Of a DNA stretch of 64,000 nucleotides, positions 1 through 10,900 are shown in pieces. A program made the translations under genes and the position numbers. A model generated the notes under the pieces. The model had not been told where the DNA came from, did not search any database, and saw only the letters and a program-made list of their open reading frames with translations. Every line of letters begins with the position of its first letter. Within the stretch, counting starts at the first letter, position 1. Origin of the DNA: Microthyrium microscopicum (Eukaryota); contig MU004236.1 of NCBI GenBank assembly GCA_010405405.1, forward strand, positions 632,576-696,575, in the 5' to 3' direction.

Positions 1-1692
1 AATCTACGGCATCAACCTTCCAGGAAAGGATGTAGCAGCTGGAAGCATTGGAATCGACATGGAATACATTCCGTTCAGCGATGCAAAATTCATCATGCTC
101 GAGAAGGATCGTGCAACCAACGAGTGGGTAGCTGAGACTGCCATTGAACTTGTGGACTATAACTTTTCAATGAGCAAAACGGCACCTTTGGGAGAACTAC
201 TTCCAGAATTCGAGAAGAAAGCTCTCAGTATCAAATCCGCCATGTTAAAATCTAAAATGGTTGCCGACAACGAGGCCCTTTTGGTCACACATCAAATAGA
301 CCGAGTTTTGGAGCATTATCGTCAAATGCCCTCCGCCGAAGTTCCTGTGGGATTCTGTCATGGAGATTTAACATTGGCCAATATGCTGATCGATCCTGAG
401 AATCGAGAGTTGTGCGTCTTTGATTTCCTCGACTCCTTTGTGGTAAGTCCGTTGGTGCAACAAATAGTCGCAAACTAATCATTTTAGGAATCGCCGTTAC
501 AAGATATTGCAAAGCTTCTTCAAGATGTTCGTCATCAGTGGTTTCTGACACAAACAACCGTGCCTGAAGATCGTAGACCTCGCATGGTTTCACTGCTCTC
601 CATGTACTACGAAAAGGTCAAAGCCGCATATTGCGACTACGCTCTCTGGGATCTTGTTCCACTTTTTGAGTTTTTCTGTCTTGCACGCATATTGCCTTAT
701 TTCACCGAACTGAAAGAAAAGCATTGTATCCTGAACGGACTGGAGCGCATTTACAACGATCTCTTCGGCGACCTGGATTCGAAACGCGCCAACGAGCTAC
801 TTGAACCCCGTCATGTAGACTTGGAGCGGCCATACTCTCCTCATGATCGTAAAGTCACTGTAATTGTGCCAGCGCTAGGGCCTGCCATGGAAACACAATA
901 CGCATCTGGATCAGTCAAGCTTCTGACGCTTAATGTAGGTCTGCTGTCCATGAAAAGTTGTACATCTCTAACTTCATACAGAGCAACGGGCGCCCAATCA
1001 TTGTCAACAGCATAGCAAGCCTTGATACCACTAATGTATCACGAATCGTGGTTGTGGTATTGAACTCACTGGTAGAGACCAAATGTGGCTCAACAACCGG
1101 TTTTGAGAATCTCTTTGATGGCCTTGAAGCATGCAAAAGAAGTAAGATGGAGTTCATCTATTCTTCAACACAGTCATCCGATGCTTGCGAGTCCGTAACA
1201 TTGGCCATCCATGAGGCCAAGATCACCGGTCCAATCTTTATCAAAGATGCAGACAACGACTTCAAGACTGAGGTCATGGATGGCAACTACGTCAACTTTA
1301 CAAGTGTAGTACGCGAAGATCACCCAGCAAACCCATGGCAACAATCACTACGACCAGACCTCGTGGATGCTATGAAGAAGAGTTACGTTTCATTTGTGTA
1401 TGATAACGTCATCTCCAATGTTGCATACGGATCATTCATCTCCTCCAACTTTTGTTGTGGTGGCTGGAGTTTTCTCAGTGCCGGGCTCTTCTTGGACGCT
1501 GTCAACTCTTTGCGCGATCTGCTTGCTACGTCAGGCTTGGAGCATGGCAGTAAACGAGGTGAGTTGCGCGTTGTTGACGTTCTTTGGCAATTGGTATCTG
1601 AAGGCCATCTGTTCTTTGGAATCAAGGCCGAGGACTATCAGGATTGGGGATCGAATGCAGCGTGGCTTGCTTCCATCAATACTCGGCTTTAA
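1..1692 (+). CDS. Fusion protein, 5' end outside window: APH/choline-kinase-like phosphotransferase domain + nucleotidyltransferase (nucleotide-diphospho-sugar transferase fold)-like domain
   Basis: Exons <1-442, 488-934 and 982-1692 join in frame across GT-AG introns 443-487 and 935-981. Kinase motifs: CHGDLTLANML and DFLDSFV|ESPLQDIAKLLQD. NTase-like motifs: VIVPALG..VKLLTLN|SNGRPII, ESVTLAI..GPIFIKDADNDF, FCCGGWSF, YQDWGS. Confidence 0.8.
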
Positions 1693-2411
1693 GCGAGACA
1701 TTGGCATTATTGGTGCGATCTAGATTTGACATTCAGCATTTTTATAGCTTCGCTCTTTCTCCTTCTGGCTACCTGTGGCGTCTATTGGGACCACAAACAC
1801 GTATGCATTGGATTTAGCTAGGTATTGTAGAATAATATGAACCTTACAGGCCAGCTAATACCATTTGGTGATGACCCATGTATGACAGTATTCCATCGAC
1901 AAAGCAAGTTCTATGCATAGCAATTCCTTGTACTTGCAAATGAAACGATGTAGCAGTATCCAGAAGCCGTTTTGGGCAATTCTTATCTTATATGGATTGC
2001 GCGTTGGCTTCTGGTACTCCATATTTGCCAAGTATCAACACAACTTGCTCATTACTACCACTGGGTTGTCTGAAGTCGTCGTATGGTATACGTACAAGCT
2101 ATAAGGCTGAGCGCCCGTAGCCTATACCCAGAAAGATTTCAAAACCCAGGAAACCAAAACGACCCACGTTGTGCCAGTGTCCACGCTTAAGAAAGAAAAG
2201 AGTGGTACAGTTTGATGTGTGCCTGAATGCAAGGCTGAAAAGTAATGATTACCAAAGCTCCTAAGTTCCCCTAGCGTGGGTGTAACTTTGGGCCACGCAG
2301 CCCCTTGTCTTGTCAAATCTCTCCTTTGAGCCTTTTCACTTGATGGACCCTAACCGTTCTCGACGCCACTGACTTTTTATCTCATTCAGCTCCGGCCGAT
2401 CGAGTGGGATA

Positions 2412-2558
2412 CCGTTTTTACCCTTTCAGTTGGGACATGCTAGCGCGGGTTTTTAGGCGAGGTTTGTCCGTAAGCGATAGCGAGTCACTACCTAAACTCA
2501 GAGCGCCATCCGCAAAAAAAAGCGCGCTAGCATGTCCCAACTGAAAGGGTAAAAACGG
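2412..2558. mobile_element. MITE (Tc1/mariner-type non-autonomous element), 147 bp
   Basis: Perfect 36-bp terminal inverted repeats at 2412-2447 and 2523-2558 (CCGTTTTTACCCTTTCAGTTGGGACATGCTAGCGCG), flanked by TA on both sides (2410-2411, 2559-2560); no coding capacity. Confidence 0.85.
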
Positions 2559-3146
2559 TATGTTCAAGGCACGCGTGTGTGATGCGCATTTCATCATTCG
2601 ATTCATTCCTGCACGCCTTTAGAACTTGATAGACAACAATTCACCGGCCCTACAATTAGAACAAAATGACTAGAGGTTGACACGGCTATCAATCATGTTA
2701 GAACTGCTCAACGCATCTCTCCGAATTGAGCCGCAACTGAAGATTACTTATGGACAAAGCTAAGGAATCAACCCCTGATCACTGCAACACTGCCATTCTG
2801 CCAATCACTTGGCCTCCTTTTCTGCATCGACAGGGGGTTCGAGTAGGTAGTGGATCTAGAGGAGCTTGTGGTTCAAAAGTCTAGAATTGGTGCATGAGCA
2901 TCGTATTCAGACTACCCCGTATACTTGGTAAAGTTCCATGCTGGTCAGGCTGAATGATGAGCATTCCTCTCCCTTCGTGACTTTCCAGCCCACTTCTCCA
3001 ATACATGTCATTCTGAAATCTTTTGTCTTGATTCATACCCCTCGCTTTTGATGTGAGATGTGTGAGTGTGCTTAGCCACATCGATCTTTTCTTAAACTTA
3101 GTTTCTACGTCGCTCTTTCATATCATTTCTTTTAGTTCACAGCAAC

Positions 3147-5602
3147 ATGCTTCGTTTCGCTTCGCCTAAGCAGCTGCTTAGCAGCCTGAGTCCAGCATAT
3201 GCTGCGGCTCTGGCTCTCGTTTGTATACAGGTTGGTATTGGTATCATGTACAAAGCCGCCCAATCTGGGGGAAAGTGAGTAGACACACGACGAACATCGA
3301 TGAGCTCGAACTAACTACCATGGTAGATATCCCTTTTCTGCGACAGCCTCTGTCACCATATCCGAGACCCTCAAATGTTTATTATCAACGTTCCTATTCT
3401 ATCGAGAATGGAAGAATCGCGAAGGAGGAGTCAGATTACCGCAAACACCTATACCTTCACAACCAGTAACACTTAGGGATATGGAGGAAGGAAAGGAGAA
3501 GGATGACGATGACAGCGATACACTTTCGATATCTGACGATGACCCTCTCCACCATATGGAAAAGTCATATCAACACTCGCAAGGAACATATGCTGCTTTT
3601 TTCGAAGCTGTGAAGGAGGAGATTCCACAAGAAATCAAGTTTGGATTTGCTCATCTCGCGCTATTCTACGTCTTGATCAACAACATTGTCTTCGTCCTCT
3701 TCAGACTTGCCGATCCTGGTACAATTCAGCTTATTAAGTCAGGAACGACTCTGATCACAGCCGTGGTTATGATACTCTTTCTTAAGACCAAGATCGGGCG
3801 TGGACAATGGATAGCGATCGTTTTCCAAGTATGCGGTATTGTTGTTACCCAATATACACCATCAGGAAGCGCATTTCCACTCAGCACTTACCTCATACTC
3901 ATCTTTCAGACGACACTCAGCGCTGTGTCCAGTGTCTACAACCAAAAGCTTTGCAAAAGTAGCGATGGATCCCTTCATGTGATGAACATGACTCTTTACA
4001 GCTGCGGAGCAGTTATCAATTTCATTCTTCATATCTTGGTGCGAATCATGAATCGCGACGAACCGGGATTCTTCACTGGATGGGGACATATCGGAGCTCT
4101 GATGGTCATCGTTAGCAATGTCTTCATTGGCCTTGCCATGACCGCCGTATACAAGTGTAAGTCTACTGTAGTCTTGTTAATCAGGAATTCTTACTGACAT
4201 TCGCAGATGCCGATGCTCTCATCAAATGCTTCGCGACGGCCATGTCCACCGCTATTCTTCTTTACCTCTCCCCGTTACTTTTCAACGTCAGCTTCTCCTT
4301 CCTCGTCATTCCCGGTACATTGGTTGTGTTCATGGCCACATGGCTCTATATGGAATCCACACCCAGTAAACCAGCCAACCCGACTCCAGAAATGAAGCCC
4401 GCCTCTATGGAAGCCGAGACCAAGTCCTTCGTCAGCCGCATCCTCTACTCTCTCTCACCCTACGGCCCATTCCGCAAGGCTGGTCTTATGGGATCTACCA
4501 GCATCTGCTTCCTTATCATCGGAATGGTCACCTTCTATCGCACCCACTACATCATCACCGAACCCACAGTCGAAATCGACCTCCCCACCAACATCACCAT
4601 GCCCCCTAGCAACGCCATCTACGACTCGCCCATGAGAAACGTGGCCGGCTTCATCCGCATCAACCACGACCTACCCGAACGCGTCGAGCAACTAACAGCC
4701 GGCTACGAGCCCTTCTTCGACTCCCTACACTTCAGCATGCCAGCCGAAGGCCACGACCGCAACGAAACCAACCTCGAACGTGACTACTGGAACGATTCGT
4801 ACTGGCCCTACCCAGCCATGGTCGACTACCTGCAACTCGTGCTCAACAACGACGCAGAATACGGCCATCTAGAAGGCGTCCTCTTCTTCCACTTTGACGC
4901 GTGGATTGCGCCACTCAGCTTCAACGACATGGACTTTACCAAACTCTGGGTCCTCGACAAATCCACCGGTCCACCCTACATATGCCAGACAGAACTAAAA
5001 CGCATGGCCGACTGGATGTGGTTCGACGCAGGCTGGCAAGAGAAATCCCTCCAAGCAACCCGCATAATCGACCACATGTACTCCGGCTACACCTTCAACC
5101 CCGAAGAATTCTGCGCCGGGTAAGCCCCCTCCCCAACCACCACCTCCATCCCCTTACTGACAACCCATATAGGTGGTCCGACATGTACTACCTCCCGCGC
5201 CGCTTCTTCCAAGACTTCATCAACCTCGGCGGCGTAATGACCTCCGTGCAAGTATTCCACGAAATCGCCGTCCCCACCATCTGGAACATCATCGACAAGA
5301 CCTACTCGCTACACGCCTCGCAGTCCGTCCTACACCGTTGGGGCGACTGCTGGGGCGACTGCTGCGCTGGCTCACCGCTCGTGGAAGATATTGCCGAGCA
5401 CCGGTGCGGACACCATGTGGATTTTTTGAATTGGGAGATTACGAGTACGCACTTTGATAGATTGGAGAGGGATGCGCAGTTGATTGGGACGGAGATTCCG
5501 GTGAGGGAGGTGAGGCAGACGGCGAAGGGCCCGGTGTTTGTGGAGGCGGATAGGGTGGTGGTGAGTGATGCGGAGGTTGTGGCGAGGTTTATGATGATGT
5601 GA
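3147..5602 (+). CDS. SLC35A-like nucleotide-sugar transporter fused to a C-terminal luminal STELLO/DUF288-like putative glycosyltransferase domain
   Basis: Exons 3147-3274, 3327-4156, 4207-5119, 5173-5602 (introns with GTGAGT/GTAAGT/GTAAGC donors). Transporter motifs: KYPFSATASVTISETLK, ADPGTIQLIKS, QWIAI, SVYNQKL, GLAMTAVYKYADALIK. Then an extra TM helix and a domain with EGVLFFHFDAW..DFTKLW, GWSDMYYLPRRFFQDF and FHEIAVPTI. Confidence 0.82.
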
Positions 5603-5946
5603 GGAGGAGGAGGAGTGGTATTTTTATTTAGCGTGAATTGGAGTTTTATTATAGAGCGAGGGATGTCAAGGAGGTTTTGTACCATATATTATCTTGATCA
5701 TGTTATCCTGGAGCTTTTCTTGCGTACTTTGGTTAGACTACAGTATATCTTGAATGTGAATGAAAGTAATGAGAATCAGCAAGCGTTAAGTATGAACAAT
5801 GTGATGCATTCGCCATGTATAAGAAAAGCTGGACTAATATATCAGATCCGAAATGCAAAAGCGTCTGAACCTAACCAATTTCCGTTTTTGGCGCCACACA
5901 TTTCATTCCACAATCTTGCTCTTCATCCTCTTCAGCTCTTCTTGAT

Positions 5947-7349
5947 TTACAATTGCTCGTTGACAAAGAGACCAGCCATTCCTTGACCAGTTCCAATGCA
6001 CATGCTAGTCAACAAGATACGCTTCTTCTGTCTCCGGGCCTCACTGAGACCAGTAACGATCTGTCGAGCTCCAGTAGCTCCTAGCGGATGACCAAGAGCA
6101 ATAGCACCACCACGGATGTTCATCTTCGAGTGGTCAATGTTAAGCTTGTTCAAGCAATATACAGCCATTGAGGCAAAGGCCTCGTTAAGCTCGATAATCT
6201 CCATATCATCAATGCTCAAGTTGTATTTTCCAAGCAGCTTTGGGATGGCAATGGATGGACCAATACCCATGATACGTGGCGCCAAACCAGCAATAGTAGC
6301 ACCAACAAACTTGGCCATAATCGGCTGTCCAAGGCTCTCAGCCATGGAACGCTTCATGAGCAGAATAGCAGCCGCACCATCAGTAACCTGCGATGAGTTT
6401 CCACCCGTCGAGCGGTTACCAAACTGTGGGAATGCTGGTCGGATCTTTGACAAACTCTCGAAAGTGGTACCATATCGAGGACCCTCATCCTTAGTCAACG
6501 TAACAGTCTTCTCTTCTCCAGTCTTAGGATCCTTGACAGTCGTGGTAATCGGCACAATCTCATCATCGAACCAGCCGCTCTTTTGCGCCACTTCAGCCCG
6601 GCGGTACGACTCGTTTGCATAACGATCTTGCATCTCACGGGTAATGTTGAAATCGTCGCTGACATTTTCGGAGGTCTGACCCATGGGCTGCATGCAATCA
6701 CACGCTTCCTGGTTCTTGAGGATATCTTCGTGGAATGGTCGTGATAGACGGTCTCCGCTTGTAGACATGCTCTCACAGCCAACGGCAAGACCGCAGTCGA
6801 TGCTGCCCATGGAGATCTGGTTGGCAATGTCCTGGACGGCCTTGAGACCAGAGGAGCAGAAGCGGTTGCAGGAGGAGGCGGCGGTGGTGTTGGGGAAGCC
6901 AGCGGCGAGAGCGGCGGCGCGGACGTAGTAGGCGGCTTTGCCCTCGTTGACCTGATGTTCATGTTAGCGTAGGTTTTTGGTGGTGGGGAAATGGGTAGGT
7001 CATACGTTTCCGAGGCAGATGTCTTCGACGAGTGCTGGGTCCATGTTCATGCGCTGGGTGACTTGTGTGAGGAGCTTGACGACAATTCCGTCAACACCGG
7101 TGTCCTTGAGACCACCCTTTCCACCCTTGGTGAGGGGAGTGCGGATGGCGAGGGTGATGACTACATCATCGGGGTGCTTTGCGGTACTGTATAAGCCATA
7201 AAATTAGCAATCGTACTTTGAATTACCATCTCGTCCACTTCAACTCCTTCTCATCCCCTCACTAGATCTGACAAGTAAACTTACATGGCATCAATTGGCT
7301 TGCCACCGGGCAACAGCTGCTGTGCGAAGCTCTTAAGACGTTCTGCCAT
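5947..7349 (-). CDS. POT1: Peroxisomal 3-ketoacyl-CoA thiolase
   Basis: Three exons (ATG at 7349). N-terminal PTS2 RLKSFAQQL; thiolase motifs RFCSSGL, ELNEAFA, GGAIALGHPLGATG, SMCIGTGQG. Confidence 0.95.
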
Positions 7350-7525
7350 TATGTATATATGAATCACAAGCTCTTTCTAACAGTAATGTAAGAATAGGAT
7401 GAATCTGCCAATTGCAAAGCGAAGATGGGAATTCTCAGAGAAAAGAAGACAAAAGCACTTTAAACGAAGCGGAGAAAAAGGGTTTGTTGTTGGGAGGCAA
7501 TGGGAGCTGACAGGACTCTTTGCAG

Positions 7526-7558
7526 CCTCGGCCAACTGAGCTCCCCACTTCACCTCGG
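7526..7558. promoter_or_regulatory. Two CCTCGG motifs (FarA/Ctf1-type fatty-acid response elements) upstream of the thiolase
   Basis: CCTCGG at 7526-7531 and 7553-7558, about 180-210 bp upstream of the thiolase ATG. CCTCGG is the known FarA/FarB core site in fungal beta-oxidation gene promoters. Confidence 0.6.
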
Positions 7559-7963
7559 ATCGCTCTCACCACTCTATGCCCATTGGCCACCAACCGCACC
7601 GCTTTGATCGATAATTGGATAGGTGTTCAGATCACTGATCTGGCCTCGTGAAGAACCAGGGTCCTACTCTACCACGCGTCCGTGTCAACGGCAATCTGCG
7701 GTTCGTGGCGCTTGCATATTGCTACTCCAAGGTCCAAGGCTCTCGGTTATCTATAGAAAGACAGGGAAATGAGAAAGGAGTTGAGATGTACAATGAATGA
7801 CTAGTTAATCATAATGATCTTCTGTATGGTGTACATTCTACAAAGTTTGCCGTTTATCATATCATGCAAAACCCGACCCAATGCAATTCTATCCTACAAT
7901 ACCGAATGCAAACCCATCCTAAATAATGTTATATATGCCTTTTCCATTGTGGCATCCTGGACC

Positions 7964-10900
7964 TCAGCGTCTTCGCTTATAGTCGTACCCTCCTTTCTTC
8001 TTCTTTGCACCAGCTGATTTGGGCAGCTTAATAGGCTCACCAACCATCAGCTCCGTCATCAGACGGACCATGTAATCATCAACATGTGGTATTTCCCCAT
8101 TCTTGACAGGATCGTCAGAACCCGTCTCTTCAACGGCCTTGTCGACAGCAGCATTTGGATTTGCTGCCATGGCTTCCTGCTGATCGGCCTTGATATTTTC
8201 GTCAAAGTCAACATCATCACCAAGCACAATCTCTTGTTGAGCCACTTTGGCAGCTGCTGTGTCTTCTTTATCTTCGACCTTGTCCAGTACATTGCTCATT
8301 TCCGTAACATTATTTAGAAATTTGTCAAAGACGGCAGAGGCCTCGGCATCCTGATTCGTGGCTCGCTCATCGTTGATCATACCCTCGAGCGCATCACGGT
8401 ATGTGACCCGCTGGAACATGTCAGTTGTAAACTCACCACGCTGGATGATCACGTCGTCAAGTAGGCGCTTCTGGTTGGATTTGCGCAGGATGTTGGCTTC
8501 GATGGTGTACTCAGAGACAAAGCGGTAGATGTGCACATCGCGTGTTTGACCAATACGATGCACACGATCCTGACACTGCTTGTCCATGGCAGGGTTCCAG
8601 TCAAGATCGTAGAAGATGACAGTGTCGGCACCAGTAAGATTGATACCGAGGCCACCGGAGCGGGTGCTAAGAATAAATGTGAGAATACGAGTGTCGTTGT
8701 TGAATCGGTCAGTGAGGATTTGGCGCTGTTCAACTTTTGTCGCGCCATCAAGACGAAGATAGCGATGGCCGTGGATGTTGAGGAATTGTTCAAGAATATC
8801 GAGAACTTTGGTGAATTGAGTGAAGATGAGAGCTCGATGGCCTCCAGCTTGTAGCTGGCGTAGTAATTTGTCTAGAGCCTGAAGTTTTCCACAGTCATAT
8901 TGGAGTAGCCGTTTGTCGGGAAAAGCGATAGAAAGGCGGACTCGAGCTTCGTGGAATGGATCAATTCTTCGACGAAAAGATTCTGCAAGCTGTACAGTTT
9001 CCACACCAGCGGGTGTTAAGGTGAGAGGTCCGACATCTTCTGCAACAACTGTAGGAGTGATACATGCAAACTTGGTGATAAGCTCAGTAGCCTGGGAAGA
9101 AACTTGACCAAGAGTAGGCATTAGTCTTGAGATCGTAATGCACTTATCCAAGTAAGGGTAAGCATTGGTGAATTCTGGGTCTTTCTTATTCGGTCGACGA
9201 GGATCGAACCGGTTGGGCATGGTGACCATGTCAATGAGATCCGCTCCGTATATCGGTTTTGCCGCTAGAACTCGTCTCATGTGTGATGCTCTGTTGCGTA
9301 GATCTTGAATAATGTTCTTTTGTGCCTCGATAGCAACCCGCACAGAAACAGAGTCAGACCCATCTGATTGCTGCTTTTCCAAATCCTTTAGTCTCTCGGT
9401 CTCAGAGGCGGCGAGCCTTTCAAACTTTTGAGTAGCTTGAATTTGTGCCAGTCGCATGAGATGTCGCTTTCTTGTTTGCTCATGAGCTGCTGGTAAAAGC
9501 CCACAAAAATCTAAATCCAGTGACCTTGAAGAAAGGAGTCTGCGACGAACCATAAAGTCTTTGATCTCGTAGCTAGCAGCGACAGATTTTGGCATGGCCA
9601 AAGATGTAACAATCTGGCGAGTTTCGAAAAGATCAGGATGATTGCACACCTTTCGCAGTGACATGAGGCAATTCATGACAGACATGTAGTTGCCGGATGA
9701 TAGAGTTCGCTTGGTATCTGCTCGTCCCATGAATCCATCGTAGAGTTGACGCTGGCGTTTCGATAAGCGACAGTACACGACATGCTCATACTTTGACGGC
9801 ATTTGCTTCTCCACTTCAGATTTCAGTCGCCGCAATAGGTAGGGACGAAGAATCTCATGGAGCTTGCTAACACGGGCTTGAGCCTCAGGATCCAACTCTT
9901 GCCGGCCTTGGTCCAGAATCTGATCTGCTGGTCGTTTCATTGTATTCAAAAACTTTTCGAGATCAGCAAAACCACCACCATCTACGCCGGCAGGCATGAG
10001 GAAATAGAGCAACGACCAAAGTTCTTGCAGATTGTTTTGTAGTGGTGTGCCTGTGAGAAGAAGACGTGATTGAGTTTTGAAGGTGAGCAGAGTTTGCCAT
10101 CTCTGAGACTGGAAATTTTTGATGTTGTGAGCCTCGTCTAGAACGAGATAATGCCAATCTCTTCTTTTGAAAGCTTGTTGATCCTGCAAGACGAGATTAT
10201 AGGACGTGATAATCACATTCCATTTATCATCGTCTTTCCAGCCAACTCGCAAACGTCTTCGCTCATTGACATCTCCATAGTAGGTCAAGATTTTGAAAGC
10301 TGGGCACCACTTCTTGAATTCCATTTCCCAATTGAGCATGACCGAGGTAGGCACAACCACGAGATGAGGTCCCCAGACTTCATGAAAGGTAGCAAGATGA
10401 GCGAGGAGCGCAATAGTTTGGATGGTCTTCCCCAAACCCATCTCATCAGCCAAGATACCATTGCGGCCACCAGAGTATAATTTCGCAAGCCAGTCAACGC
10501 CATCATGCTGATACTCACGAAGAGAACCGCGAAGCAGCGGTGAGACCTCTGTACGAAACGACCGCGGGGTTCCTGGAATGATAGAAGTTGTAGGTGTTGA
10601 TATTGCAGCTTCCTGGTCAGGTCGTGGCGTGGATGCCACACTATGGTCCATGTCGCTGGCTTTGTCCGACGTTGGCAGGTTCTGTTCGATCATTTCCACA
10701 TCACTGTCTAGCTCCGATTCCGCGTCAACTTCAGCCTCATCCTCCAAGTCTTCTCCTGTGGTCTGGATGGATTGTGACCGTTTTGCTTCACGAGCTTCTT
10801 TTGCAATAGTTTGAATCTCATCTTTGCCATAAAGAAAACCCAAAGTGTTGGAAATGCCCTCATCTTCCTCCTCCTCTTCATCTTCGGATTCTTGAGAGTC

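Noticed and set aside
2726..2740. 15-bp exact match TTGAGCCGCAACTGA also found at 37833-37847
   Set aside because: A few 15-mer matches are expected by chance in 64 kb, and the flanks are unrelated.
2830..2850. GGTTCGA T-loop-like word suggesting a tRNA
   Set aside because: No T-stem, acceptor stem or A-box can be formed around it.
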